64,000 nucleotides of DNA from Escherichia coli (GTDB lineage: Bacteria; Pseudomonadota; Gammaproteobacteria; Enterobacterales; Enterobacteriaceae), in NCBI RefSeq assembly GCF_003334255.1, contig NZ_QOWU01000001.1; one strand, written 5' to 3'. The notes beneath the pieces were generated by a model that searched no databases, was not told the DNA's origin, and saw only the letters and a list, made by a program, of their open reading frames with translations. The position numbers and the translations under genes are program-made. This document shows positions 42,618-59,593 of the stretch, one piece after another (the first letter of the stretch is position 1; every line of letters begins with the position of its first letter).

Positions 42618-43562
42618 TTAGCGTTTGCAAATTGAGACTAATTGCTCTTCCATCCACTGATGGCCTTTATCGCGCCCGGCAGCTTCATGCCAGGAGAGAT
42701 AACAGGTTCTGCTGTTTTGTTTTAACGGCAGCGGTAATACCTGTAATTCTAAGGATTCAGCGAACTCTTCAGCCAGCCAACGCGGCGCAATAGCGACCAA
42801 ATGCGTTTGCGACACCACGCTAAGTACGCTCATCATTGCCATGCCCTGATACGCGATACTGGCTTGCTTATCTACCGTGTCATACCAAGGTTGACTAAAT
42901 GACGCGAAACGATCGAGCGAAACCGCCGCATGTTGTTCGTTATAAACATCATGTTTCAGTAACGGGCCCTTAATTGTTGGATGATTTTTGCTGGCTACCA
43001 GCACCATTTCATCTTTAAATAATGGTACGCTGGTAAATTCAGGACGATGGAAGTCTTCATAACTAATCACAAACTCCGTTTCCTGATAACGCAGCTGATG
43101 TTCAGTGTTCTGATTTAATGAAGACTTGAACATAACATGTATATTTGGCGCAATCTGCTCAATGTGATTATAAATCTGCGAGGTCAGAATGCTGTCTAAC
43201 GGGCTGCAAACACAAAGATGAAATACACGTTCACTGCTCGCGGGTTCAAAACCTGAACCAGGCAATTCATTTTGTACTAGTTGCAATGCCTGACGAACTG
43301 AACCAAAAAGTTGAAATGCGCGAGCAGTCGGTTGAATACCACGGCCATAACGAACAAAAAGCTCGTCATTAAACATCACCTTCAGGCGTGCAACAGCGTT
43401 ACTGACCGCAGGTTGCGACATTCCCAGAACATGAGCGGCACGAGTAATGTTTTGCTCCTGCATCACGGCATCGAAAACGGTTAATAAGTTGAGATCGACC
43501 ATGCGTAGCTGTGGTTTGCTTAACTCCGCCGTCTCTGGATGATCTGTTTGTACCTCTGGCAT
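42618..43562 (-). CDS. leuO: LysR-family transcriptional regulator LeuO (314 aa)
   Basis: ORF 42618..43739 trimmed to the ATG at 43560..43562 ([61 protein letters not shown]). Confidence 0.93.
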   Translation of the reverse strand: MPEVQTDHPETAELSKPQLRMVDLNLLTVFDAVMQEQNITRAAHVLGMSQPAVSNAVARLKVMFNDELFVRYGRGIQPTARAFQLFGSVRQALQLVQNELPGSGFEPASSERVFHLCVCSPLDSILTSQIYNHIEQIAPNIHVMFKSSLNQNTEHQLRYQETEFVISYEDFHRPEFTSVPLFKDEMVLVASKNHPTIKGPLLKHDVYNEQHAAVSLDRFASFSQPWYDTVDKQASIAYQGMAMMSVLSVVSQTHLVAIAPRWLAEEFAESLELQVLPLPLKQNSRTCYLSWHEAAGRDKGHQWMEEQLVSICKR

Positions 43563-44158
43563 ACTTAACTCCACTGTCACACTTAACTCCCTTTCCCTTA
43601 TTGGAATGCAGAGAAATAATCCTGAAGAATATGATTTATCATGCATATAAAATAAGAAAAAGCAAAATGAGTAAAATTCGGAAAACATAAAGATACGGGT
43701 TCTGATAAAAACAGAATCCATTGCCGTGGAATGAGTCATTTACCACAGCATAATAATCCATAATGTTTTTGTTGCGAAAACAATCTAATCATAACTACCG
43801 CGAATACTCAATCATCTACAAAATGGATTAAATGTGCTTATTTAATAATTAATTTATATATTTAATGCATTAATTCTTAACATTAATTGATCAATAATAT
43901 TCACCAAATCAATATCAAAAAAAATCGCAAAACATATAATTCAATACAAATCATCAGGATAGGTTTTGCAACGCGTGCATTTTGTCCCCTTTTTCCTCGT
44001 TGATTAGATGCAAAAATTTATGCTGAAATATGTCAACCGATGAAAAGCGTCGGTAGTTAAGCAGAAATTAATATCGCTTACTTTAACCACCGCAGCACAA
44101 TTAGCTAATTTTACGGATGCAGAACTCACGCTGGCGGGACGTTTTTATTGCGTCAGGG
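43563..44158. promoter_or_regulatory. AT-rich leuO-leuL intergenic region (leuO promoter, H-NS-silenced)
   Basis: ~600 bp with long A/T runs (e.g. 43800..43930) and no credible ORF; known as an H-NS nucleation/silencing region between leuO and the leu operon. Confidence 0.6.
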
Positions 44159-44190
44159 TTGACATCCGTTTTTGTATCCAGTAACTCTAA
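44159..44190 (+). promoter_or_regulatory. leu operon promoter
   Basis: TTGACA at 44159..44164, 17-bp spacer, TAACTC at 44182..44187, ~35 bp upstream of leuL. Confidence 0.55.
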
Positions 44191-44221
44191 AAGCATATCG
44201 CATTCATCTGGAGCTGATTTA

Positions 44222-44308
44222 ATGACTCACATCGTTCGCTTTATCGGTCTACTACTACTAAACGCATCTTCTTTGCGCGGTAGACGAGTGAGCGGCATCC
44301 AGCATTAA
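44222..44308 (+). CDS. leuL: leu operon leader peptide (28 aa)
   Basis: ATG at 44222; [28 protein letters not shown]; four consecutive CUA Leu codons at 44249..44260. Confidence 0.92.
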
Positions 44309-44332
44309 GCCAGCACGCAGTCAAACAAAAAA

Positions 44333-44357
44333 CCCGCGCCATTGCGCGGGTTTTTTT
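44333..44357 (+). terminator. leu attenuator (rho-independent terminator)
   Basis: CCCGCGCC attg CGCGGG followed by TTTTTTT, 25 bp downstream of the leuL stop and 44 bp upstream of leuA. Confidence 0.9.
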
Positions 44358-44400
44358 ATGCCCGAAGCGAGGCGCTCTAAAAGAGACAAGGACCCAAACC

Positions 44401-47063
<2,663 letters not shown>

Positions 47064-47065
47064 TC

Positions 47066-49082
<2,017 letters not shown>

Positions 49083-49090
49083 TCCCCTTG

Positions 49091-49112
49091 CCCGGTCAAA
49101 TGACCGGGCTTT
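49091..49112. terminator. stem-loop between convergent leuD and setA
   Basis: CCCGGTCA aa TGACCGGG followed by CTTTCC, 9 bp after the leuD stop. Confidence 0.55.
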
Positions 49113-49130
49113 CCGCTATCGTCCACGTCA

Positions 49131-50309
49131 TCAAACGTCTTTAACCTTTGCGGTTAAAAATAATGCGACAACAGAAATAACCGCAATTACCCAGTAGACA
49201 GCAAAGTGCCCCCAACTTTGTGCAATTGCTCCCTGAATAACGCCAGCCAGAATTACCCCGGTAGAAATACTGTTAGTAAATAAGGTGGTAGCTGCCCCCG
49301 CTCTTCCAGGCATTAAATCCTGAAACCATAGCATCCCAATACCCGCAACAATGCCGATAAATACAGCGTTAAAAAGTTGCAGCGTCATCAACGCCATACG
49401 GCTATTAAAGAAAATCAATCCGGTGTAAAACAGTACTCCTGCCGCCACTGCTATGACCATCATTCGCCGCTTACCATAACGTTTGACATAGTAGCCAGCC
49501 AGAATCATTGCTGGTATTTCCAGTCCAGCTGCCGTCCCCATCAGGAAACCCGCCAGTTTGTCTGGCAATCCTAACTCGCTACTGATCCACAACGGCATAT
49601 CAATAATGTACATGGTGTTGCAGGTCCACATTAACGTCGAGGCGACAAATAACATCCGTACGTTACTATCCTGCCAGCCACCTTGCATTGATAAAGCATT
49701 TTCCGACGGCAGTTCTACCCGCGCCACAGACGGAAGCATAAATGCAATCAATACCAGACTGAGTGTGAATATCCCGGCGGCAATCGAAAACATCACCGTA
49801 AAGCCGTAATTCAACGCCAGCATAAAGGCCAACGGTGGACCGATAACCCATGCCAGAGAAAGCTGCGCACGCATCACCGAGCTAAACATCACCACTTCTC
49901 GCGCCGAGTTATCCGCATATTCCCGCGCCAGAGCAAATAACTGTGGCATTGCCGTATTGGCCAGAGATGCCAGAAGCACACCACAGGTGATAAGCGTCAG
50001 ATAATGACGATTAAATGCAAACAATAGCGCATTGCCGATAGCCATCAAACAGCAAAATATAATCAGTTTTCGCCGATCGCCCTGACTGTCAGAACGTTTT
50101 GCCAACCAGAGGCTTACGCCGATCCCAGCAATAGCATTCACCGTATAAAAGAGGCCGATCCAGAAAGGTTGCGCGCCAACCTCACGACTCAGAAATAAGC
50201 TCAATGTAGGAGCCTGTAGCGCCCCGGCCACCCCCATCATAAAAGCGACCAGCATAAATGCCGCGTAAACACCGTTCATACGGCGAGCCATCGTCATTAT
50301 CCAGATCAT
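49131..50309 (-). CDS. setA: sugar efflux transporter A, MFS (392 aa)
   Basis: ORF track; MIWIMTMARRMNGVYAAFMLVAFMMGVAGALQAPTLSLFLSREVGAQPFW; 12-TM MFS. Confidence 0.94.
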   Translation of the reverse strand: MIWIMTMARRMNGVYAAFMLVAFMMGVAGALQAPTLSLFLSREVGAQPFWIGLFYTVNAIAGIGVSLWLAKRSDSQGDRRKLIIFCCLMAIGNALLFAFNRHYLTLITCGVLLASLANTAMPQLFALAREYADNSAREVVMFSSVMRAQLSLAWVIGPPLAFMLALNYGFTVMFSIAAGIFTLSLVLIAFMLPSVARVELPSENALSMQGGWQDSNVRMLFVASTLMWTCNTMYIIDMPLWISSELGLPDKLAGFLMGTAAGLEIPAMILAGYYVKRYGKRRMMVIAVAAGVLFYTGLIFFNSRMALMTLQLFNAVFIGIVAGIGMLWFQDLMPGRAGAATTLFTNSISTGVILAGVIQGAIAQSWGHFAVYWVIAVISVVALFLTAKVKDV

Positions 50310-50336
50310 ACGTTCCCTTTTTAGCGCGGCGAGAAT

Positions 50337-50563
50337 AAAAAAAACCAGCAGGTATAATCTGCTGGCGGGTGATTTTACACCAATACTCAGTCACACATGA
50401 TGCAGGCAAGTCAACTTTCAGAATTGCGGTCATCCCACTGCATCAGTCCTTCAAGCATGGTTAATCGTTGTGGGACGCTTAACCAACGCAACCAGCACAA
50501 CTTCGCTGTCGCGGTAAAATAGTGCTGATAAAACTGACGCATGGGGCACCCCCTTGCTTCATC
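50337..50563 (-). ncRNA. sgrS: SgrS small RNA (~227 nt), dual-function sugar-phosphate stress sRNA
   Basis: Minus strand from 50563 reads GATGAAGCAAGGGGGTGCCCCATGCGTCAG, the SgrS 5' end as I recall it; 3' end is CCAGCAG attatac CTGCTGG (50345..50365) plus U8 (50337..50344), preceded by the ptsG-pairing region ...TGTGTGACTGAGTATTGGTG... Confidence 0.88.
50411..50542 (-). CDS. sgrT: SgrT small protein (43 aa), encoded within SgrS
   Basis: ATG at 50540..50542; MRQFYQHYFTATAKLCWLRWLSVPQRLTMLEGLMQWDDRNSES; the 99-aa ORF-track entry is an upstream in-frame extension. Confidence 0.85.
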   Translation of the reverse strand: MRQFYQHYFTATAKLCWLRWLSVPQRLTMLEGLMQWDDRNSES

Positions 50564-50630
50564 GTTAGGAATTATTGACTTAATATAGGGAAAATAAAAT
50601 TGCTGTCTTTTGCACAGGAGTTCCCCTTTT

Positions 50631-52286
50631 ATGCCATCTGCTCGTCTGCAACAACAGTTCATCCGCCTGTGGCAATGCTGCGAGGGTAAATCGCAGGACA
50701 CAACGCTCAACGAACTGGCAGCGTTATTGAGCTGCTCGCGTCGTCATATGCGCACCCTGCTCAACACCATGCAGGATCGCGGCTGGCTGACGTGGGAAGC
50801 GGAAGTCGGGCGCGGTAAACGCTCGCGTCTGACATTCCTCTATACCGGGCTGGCGCTTCAGCAACAGCGGGCGGAAGACCTGCTGGAGCAGGATCGTATC
50901 GATCAACTGGTGCAGTTGGTTGGCGACAAAGCGACTGTGCGGCAAATGCTGGTTTCTCATCTGGGCCGCAGCTTCCGCCAGGGGCGGCACATCCTGCGCG
51001 TGCTCTACTATCGTCCGTTGCGTAATCTGCTACCTGGCAGCGCATTGCGCCGTTCCGAAACCCATATCGCCCGGCAAATCTTCAGTTCGCTAACGCGCAT
51101 AAATGAGGAAAATGGGGAACTGGAAGCAGACATCGCCCACCACTGGCAGCAAATTTCACCGCTTCACTGGCGTTTCTTTTTGCGTCCAGGAGTCCATTTT
51201 CACCATGGTCGTGAACTGGAAATGGACGATGTGATCGCCTCTTTAAAACGAATCAATACGCTGCCGCTCTATTCGCATATTGCTGACATTGTGTCGCCGA
51301 CGCCCTGGACGCTGGATATCCATCTCACGCAACCGGACCGCTGGTTACCGTTACTGCTGGGGCAAGTTCCGGCGATGATCCTGCCGCGCGAATGGGAAAC
51401 CCTCAGTAACTTTGCCAGCCATCCCATCGGCACCGGTCCGTATGCGGTGATTCGCAACAGCACCAATCAACTGAAAATTCAGGCATTCGATGACTTCTTC
51501 GGTTACCGGGCATTAATCGACGAAGTTAACGTCTGGGTTCTGCCGGAAATTGCCGACGAGCCAGCCGGAGGGCTGATGCTAAAAGGTCCACAGGGCGAGG
51601 AAAAAGAGATTGAAAGCCGCCTGGAGGAAGGTTGCTACTATTTACTGTTCGACAGCCGCACCCATCGCGGGGCGAATCAGCAAGTCAGGGACTGGGTAAG
51701 CTATGTGCTTTCTCCAACTAATCTGGTCTATTTCGCTGAGGAACAGTACCAGCAACTGTGGTTCCCGGCTTATGGACTGCTCCCCCGTTGGCACCATGCC
51801 CGCACCATAAAGAGCGAAAAACCGGCTGGCCTGGAAAGCCTCACCCTAACCTTTTATCAGGATCACAGTGAGCATCGGGTGATTGCCGGGATCATGCAGC
51901 AGATTCTGGCAAGTCACCAGGTCACGCTGAAAATCAAAGAGATCGACTACGATCAGTGGCATACAGGAGAGATCGAAAGTGATATCTGGCTAAACAGCGC
52001 CAACTTTACCCTGCCGCTGGACTTCTCTGTTTTCGCACATTTATGCGAAGTGCCACTGCTACAACATTGCATTCCCATTGACTGGCAAGCCGACGCTGCT
52101 CGCTGGCGCAATGGCGAGATGAATCTGGCGAACTGGTGCCAGCAACTGGTCGCCAGCAAAGCGATGGTGCCATTATTGCACCACTGGCTGATCATTCAGG
52201 GGCAACGCAGTATGCGCGGCCTGCGCATGAATACCCTCGGCTGGTTCGATTTTAAATCAGCGTGGTTTGCGCCACCGGATCCATGA
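50631..52286 (+). CDS. sgrR: transcriptional regulator SgrR (551 aa)
   Basis: ORF 50610..52286 trimmed to the ATG at 50631 ([45 protein letters not shown]); divergent from sgrS. Confidence 0.93.
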   Translation: MPSARLQQQFIRLWQCCEGKSQDTTLNELAALLSCSRRHMRTLLNTMQDRGWLTWEAEVGRGKRSRLTFLYTGLALQQQRAEDLLEQDRIDQLVQLVGDKATVRQMLVSHLGRSFRQGRHILRVLYYRPLRNLLPGSALRRSETHIARQIFSSLTRINEENGELEADIAHHWQQISPLHWRFFLRPGVHFHHGRELEMDDVIASLKRINTLPLYSHIADIVSPTPWTLDIHLTQPDRWLPLLLGQVPAMILPREWETLSNFASHPIGTGPYAVIRNSTNQLKIQAFDDFFGYRALIDEVNVWVLPEIADEPAGGLMLKGPQGEEKEIESRLEEGCYYLLFDSRTHRGANQQVRDWVSYVLSPTNLVYFAEEQYQQLWFPAYGLLPRWHHARTIKSEKPAGLESLTLTFYQDHSEHRVIAGIMQQILASHQVTLKIKEIDYDQWHTGEIESDIWLNSANFTLPLDFSVFAHLCEVPLLQHCIPIDWQADAARWRNGEMNLANWCQQLVASKAMVPLLHHWLIIQGQRSMRGLRMNTLGWFDFKSAWFAPPDP

Positions 52287-52321
52287 TTGCTGGTTGATAA
52301 CAAAATCACTACACTAACGCC

Positions 52322-52414
52322 GTTCTCAACGGGGTGCCACGCGTACGCGTGCGCTGAGAAAATACCCGTCGAACCTGATCCGGATAACGCCGGCGAAGGG
52401 ATTTGAGGCTCCTT
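52322..52414 (+). promoter_or_regulatory. TPP (THI-box) riboswitch in the thiBPQ leader (SroA region)
   Basis: GGGGTGCCACGCGTACGCGTGCGCTGAGAAAATACCCGTCGAACCTGATCCGGATAACGCCGGCGAAGGGA carries the conserved THI-element CUGAGA and ACCUGAUCYGGAUAAUGCCAGCGAAGGGA-like core, 40-130 bp upstream of thiB. Confidence 0.85.
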
Positions 52415-52449
52415 CTCAAGTCCTTTGCCACTCTTTTTTGAGGTGCAAA

Positions 52450-53433
52450 GTGTTAAAAAAATGTCTGCCCCTGCTGTTGCTGTGCACAGCGCCCGTTTTC
52501 GCTAAACCCGTTCTGACTGTTTATACCTACGATTCCTTCGCCGCCGACTGGGGGCCTGGTCCGGTGGTTAAAAAAGCCTTTGAAGCCGACTGTAATTGCG
52601 AACTGAAACTGGTGGCGCTGGAAGATGGCGTTTCGCTTCTCAACCGTCTACGGATGGAAGGCAAAAACAGTAAAGCCGATGTGGTGCTGGGGCTGGATAA
52701 CAACCTGTTAGACGCCGCCAGTAAAACCGGACTGTTTGCCAAAAGCGGTGTGGCAGCGGATGCCGTTAACGTTCCCGGCGGCTGGAATAATGACACTTTC
52801 GTACCGTTTGATTATGGCTACTTCGCCTTCGTTTATGACAAGAACAAACTGAAAAACCCGCCACAAAGCCTGAAAGAACTGGTTGAGAGCGATCAAAACT
52901 GGCGGGTGATTTATCAGGATCCGCGCACCAGTACACCGGGGCTGGGTCTGTTGCTATGGATGCAAAAAGTCTATGGCGATGACGCCCCACAAGCCTGGCA
53001 GAAACTGGCGAAGAAAACGGTCACGGTCACCAAAGGCTGGAGCGAAGCCTACGGCCTGTTTTTAAAAGGTGAAAGCGATCTGGTACTGAGTTACACCACC
53101 TCTCCGGCTTATCACATTCTCGAAGAGAAGAAAGATAACTACGCCGCCGCGAACTTCAGCGAAGGTCACTATCTGCAAGTGGAAGTCGCCGCCCGCACCG
53201 CTGCCAGCAAGCAGCCGGAGCTGGCGCAAAAATTCCTCCAGTTTATGGTTTCTCCGGCTTTCCAGAATGCGATCCCAACCGGCAACTGGATGTATCCGGT
53301 GGCAAACGTCACGCTGCCTGCCGGTTTTGAAAAATTGACCAAACCCGCAACCACGTTGGAGTTCACGCCAGCCGAAGTGGCGGCACAACGTCAGGCATGG
53401 ATTAGCGAATGGCAACGCGCCGTCAGCCGTTAA
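52450..53433 (+). CDS. thiB: thiamine ABC transporter periplasmic binding protein (327 aa), GTG start
   Basis: ORF 52438..53433 (TTG) trimmed to the GTG at 52450 (M/V LKKCLPLLLLCTAPVFA signal peptide). Confidence 0.9.
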   Translation: MLKKCLPLLLLCTAPVFAKPVLTVYTYDSFAADWGPGPVVKKAFEADCNCELKLVALEDGVSLLNRLRMEGKNSKADVVLGLDNNLLDAASKTGLFAKSGVAADAVNVPGGWNNDTFVPFDYGYFAFVYDKNKLKNPPQSLKELVESDQNWRVIYQDPRTSTPGLGLLLWMQKVYGDDAPQAWQKLAKKTVTVTKGWSEAYGLFLKGESDLVLSYTTSPAYHILEEKKDNYAAANFSEGHYLQVEVAARTAASKQPELAQKFLQFMVSPAFQNAIPTGNWMYPVANVTLPAGFEKLTKPATTLEFTPAEVAAQRQAWISEWQRAVSR

Positions 53434-55020
53434 TTCCCGGCTGGTTAATTCCAGGTGTAAGCGCCACCACGCTGGTGGTAGCGGTTGCGCTGGCGGCGTT
53501 TCTCGCCCTGTGGTGGAACGCGCCGCAGGATGACTGGGTGGCAGTCTGGCAGGACAGCTATCTGTGGCATGTGGTGCGCTTCTCCTTCTGGCAGGCGTTT
53601 CTCTCGGCACTGCTCTCTGTCATACCCGCGATATTCCTCGCCCGCGCGCTCTATCGCAGGCGCTTTCCGGGTCGGCTGGCGCTGTTGCGTCTGTGTGCAA
53701 TGACCTTGATCCTCCCGGTGTTGGTCGCTGTTTTCGGCATTCTTAGCGTCTATGGTCGCCAGGGCTGGCTGGCAACACTCTGCCAATTCGCTCGGTCTGG
53801 AGTGGACCTTTTCGCCCTACGGCCTGCAAGGTATTTTGCTGGCCCATGTGTTTTTTAATCTGCCGATGGCGAGCCGCTTATTACTCCAGGCACTGGAAAA
53901 CATCCCCGGCGAACAGCGTCAACTTGCCGCCCAGCTTGGGATGCGTAGCTGGCATTTTTTCCGCTTCGTCGAATGGCCGTGGTTACGGCGACAAATCCCG
54001 CCGGTTGCTGCGCTTATCTTTATGCTCTGTTTCGCCAGCTTCGCCACCGTGCTATCGCTGGGGGGCGGTCCGCAGGCGACCACTATCGAGCTGGCAATCT
54101 ATCAGGCGCTGAGTTACGACTACGATCCTGCCCGCGCGGCAATGCTGGCGCTGCTCCAGATGGTGTGCTGCCTCGGGCTGGTGCTGTTGAGTCAGCGATT
54201 GAGTAAGGCCATTGCGCCCGGCACCACGCTGCTGCAAGGCTGGCGCGACCCGGACGATCGTCTGCATAGCCGCATTTGCGACACGGTGTTAATTGTGCTG
54301 GCGCTGCTGCTGTTGCTGCCACCGTTACTGGCGGTGATCGTCGATGGGGTAAATCGCCAGTTGCCGGAAGTGCTGGCACAACCGGTGCTGTGGCAGGCGC
54401 TGTGGACCTCGTTGCGTATTGCGCTGGCGGCAGGTGTATTGTGCGTAGTGCTGACCATGATGCTGCTATGGAGCAGTCGCGAACTGCGGGCGCGGCAGAA
54501 AATGCTGGCGGGTCAGGTGCTGGAGATGAGCGGCATGTTGATCCTCGCCATGCCGGGGATTGTGCTGGCTACCGGCTTCTTTTTACTGCTCAACAACACT
54601 ATCGGCCTGCCACAATCTGCTGACGGCATTGTGATTTTCACCAATGCGTTAATGGCGATCCCTTATGCGCTGAAAGTGCTGGAAAACCCGATGCGCGATA
54701 TCACCGCCCGCTACAGCATGTTATGTCAGTCGCTGGGGATTGAAGGCTGGTCACGCTTAAAAGTGGTGGAGCTGCGCGCCCTGAAACGTCCACTGGCGCA
54801 GGCGCTGGCCTTTGCATGCGTGCTGTCGATTGGTGATTTTGGCGTGGTGGCGTTGTTCGGTAACGATGATTTCCGCACCCTGCCGTTTTATCTCTACCAG
54901 CAAATTGGCTCCTATCGCAGCCAGGACGGTGCGGTCACCGCGTTAATTCTGCTGCTGCTCTGTTTTCTGCTGTTTACCGTGATTGAAAAACTACCGGGGC
55001 GAAATGTTAAAACTGACTGA
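53409..55020 (+). pseudogene. thiP: thiamine ABC transporter permease thiP, disrupted by a +1 frameshift near 53787
   Basis: Two overlapping ORFs, 53409..53858 (frame 0, MATRRQPLIPGWLIPGVSATTLVV...) and 53752..55020 (frame 1), both read as ThiP; the start-to-stop span is 1612 bp, one base more than an intact 536-codon gene; reading switches frame at CAA-T-TCG (53784..53790). Confidence 0.7.
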
Positions 55021-55702
55021 TATCACCTGGCTTTACCACCATTTGCCGATGCGTTTTAGCTTAACGGTGGAACGCGGCGAGCAGGTGGCGATCCTCGGGC
55101 CAAGCGGCGCGGGTAAAAGTACCCTGCTGAATTTGATCGCCGGTTTTCTGACGCCAGCCAGCGGTTCGCTGACTATCGATGGCGTAGATCACACAACTAT
55201 GCCGCCGTCACGCCGTCCGGTGTCGATGCTGTTTCAGGAGAACAACCTGTTCAGCCACCTGACGGTCGCACAGAACATCGGGCTGGGGCTAAATCCGGGA
55301 TTGAAACTGAACGCGGTACAGCAGGGGAAAATGCACGCTATCGCCCGCCAGATGGGGATTGATAATTTAATGGCGCGGTTACCGGGCGAGCTTTCCGGCG
55401 GTCAGCGACAGCGAGTGGCGTTAGCGCGTTGTCTGGTACGCGAACAGCCGATTTTATTGCTCGATGAACCGTTCTCTGCGCTCGATCCGGCGTTACGTCA
55501 GGAGATGTTGACGCTGGTGAGCACGAGCTGCCAGCAGCAAAAAATGACGCTATTGATGGTGTCGCACAGCGTGGAAGATGCGGCGCGGATCGCCACGCGC
55601 TCGGTAGTAGTCGCCGACGGGCGCATCGCCTGGCAGGGTATGACCAATGAGTTGTTGAGCGGTAAGGCGAGTGCTTCGGCACTATTGGGGATTACGGGTT
55701 AG
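55004..55702 (+). CDS. thiQ: thiamine ABC transporter ATP-binding subunit (232 aa)
   Basis: ORF 54983..55702 trimmed to the ATG at 55004 ([43 protein letters not shown]); 17-bp overlap with thiP. Confidence 0.93.
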   Translation: MLKLTDITWLYHHLPMRFSLTVERGEQVAILGPSGAGKSTLLNLIAGFLTPASGSLTIDGVDHTTMPPSRRPVSMLFQENNLFSHLTVAQNIGLGLNPGLKLNAVQQGKMHAIARQMGIDNLMARLPGELSGGQRQRVALARCLVREQPILLLDEPFSALDPALRQEMLTLVSTSCQQQKMTLLMVSHSVEDAARIATRSVVVADGRIAWQGMTNELLSGKASASALLGITG

Positions 55703-55709
55703 TATGCAC

Positions 55710-55797
<88 letters not shown>

Positions 55798-55815
55798 CCC
55801 GCACAAGACTATCTC

Positions 55816-56580
55816 CTAAACCCCAACCACTTTACGCAAAATATCGATATACACCGGCATCAACGGGTGGCGAATTAACACCACCAGCGCCACCACGCCG
55901 ATGGCAGAAATCAACGGCGTCAGCCACAACAAACGACCGCGGGACAAATAATGACTCAAACGGTCAGTCGCTTTACCGCTGCGCCATAACCGCCAGCACA
56001 GCCAGCCACCAACCCACAAAAACACCGCTGTTGCCAGCAGCAACCATTTAAACTCACCGCTCTGCATTCCGGCAGGAATATCGATCGCCGCGCCCGCCAG
56101 AATCCCTGGCAGGAAGTAAAACGGCGGCCACAGCAGGCAGCCGATAATATTCGGCGTAATAAATTTAGCCACCGGCAGATCCAGCATTCCCGCCACCATT
56201 GGCACCAGCGGACGCGTCGGGCCAACAAAACGACCGACCAGAATGGTGAACATGCTGTGTTGATGCAACGCATGTTCAGTTTTATCAAGTAGTGCTTTGT
56301 TTTTCTTCAGAAATGACCAGCGATGCAACGGCTTTTTAAAACGCCAACCCAGCCAGAAAGAAATCCAGTCGCCCATCAAGCAGCCAATAATCCCTGCCAG
56401 CCAGGCGTGCCAGAAACTTAACTCGCCGCTGCCAATCAGCGCTCCCAGCCCCGCCATCAGCACCGTACCGGGTAGAATCAAACCGACCAGCGCCAGCGAC
56501 TCCAGAAAGGCCACCAACACCACCGCCATCAATGAATACACGGTGGATTGGGTAATAAAGTGTTCCAGCAATGCTTGCAT
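55816..56580 (-). CDS. yabI: DedA-family inner membrane protein (254 aa)
   Basis: ORF track; MQALLEHFITQSTVYSLMAVVLVAFLESLALVGLILPGTVLMAGLGALIG. Confidence 0.92.
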   Translation of the reverse strand: MQALLEHFITQSTVYSLMAVVLVAFLESLALVGLILPGTVLMAGLGALIGSGELSFWHAWLAGIIGCLMGDWISFWLGWRFKKPLHRWSFLKKNKALLDKTEHALHQHSMFTILVGRFVGPTRPLVPMVAGMLDLPVAKFITPNIIGCLLWPPFYFLPGILAGAAIDIPAGMQSGEFKWLLLATAVFLWVGGWLCWRLWRSGKATDRLSHYLSRGRLLWLTPLISAIGVVALVVLIRHPLMPVYIDILRKVVGV

Positions 56581-56665
56581 AATGTGCCTGTCAAATGGAC
56601 GAAGCAGGGATTCTGCAAACCCTATGCTACTCCGTCAAGCCGTCAATTGTCTGATTCGTTACCAA

Positions 56666-57544
56666 TTATGACAACTTGACGGCTACATCATTCACTTTTT
56701 CTTCACAACCGGCACGAAACTCGCTCGGGCTGGCCCCGGTGCATTTTTTAAATACTCGCGAGAAATAGAGTTGATCGTCAAAACCAACATTGCGACCGAC
56801 GGTGGCGATAGGCATCCGGGTAGTGCTCAAAAGCAGCTTCGCCTGACTAATGCGTTGGTCCTCGCGCCAGCTTAAGACGCTAATCCCTAACTGCTGGCGG
56901 AAAAGATGTGACAGACGCGACGGCGACAAGCAAACATGCTGTGCGACGCTGGCGATATCAAAATTGCTGTCTGCCAGGTGATCGCTGATGTACTGACAAG
57001 CCTCGCGTACCCGATTATCCATCGGTGGATGGAGCGACTCGTTAATCGCTTCCATGCGCCGCAGTAACAATTGCTCAAGCAGATTTATCGCCAGCAGCTC
57101 CGAATAGCGCCCTTCCCCTTGCCCGGCGTTAATGATTTGCCCAAACAGGTCGCTGAAATGCGGCTGGTGCGCTTCATCCGGGCGAAAGAAACCCGTATTG
57201 GCAAATATTGACGGCCAGTTAAGCCATTCATGCCAGTAGGCGCGCGGACGAAAGTAAACCCACTGGTGATACCATTCGCGAGCCTCCGGATGACGACCGT
57301 AGTGATGAATCTCTCCTGGCGGGAACAGCAAAATATCACCCGGTCGGCAGACAAATTCTCGTCCCTGATTTTTCACCACCCCCTGACCGCGAATGGTGAG
57401 ATTGAGAATATAACCTTTCATTCCCAGCGGTCGGTCGATAAAAAAATCGAGATAACCGTTGGCCTCAATCGGCGTTAAACCCGCCACCAGATGGGCGTTA
57501 AACGAGTATCCCGGCAGCAGGGGATCATTTTGCGCTTCAGCCAT
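56666..57544 (-). CDS. araC: arabinose operon regulator AraC (292 aa)
   Basis: ORF 56666..57595 trimmed to the ATG at 57542..57544 ([55 protein letters not shown]). Confidence 0.96.
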
Positions 57545-59583
<2,039 letters not shown>

Positions 59584-59593
59584 GGACACGATA

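Noticed and set aside
44117-44308. 63-aa ORF across the leu promoter
   Set aside because: Only the last 28 codons (leuL, from the ATG at 44222) fit the leader peptide; the upstream part covers the promoter
50411-50710. 99-aa minus-strand ORF
   Set aside because: Only the last 43 codons (SgrT, 50411..50542) are real; the extension runs through the sgrS promoter and into sgrR on the opposite strand
53409-55020. thiP as two genuine separate genes
   Set aside because: The two ORFs overlap by ~100 bp in different frames and together make one continuous duplicated-permease protein once a single T is removed; a frameshift is the simpler explanation
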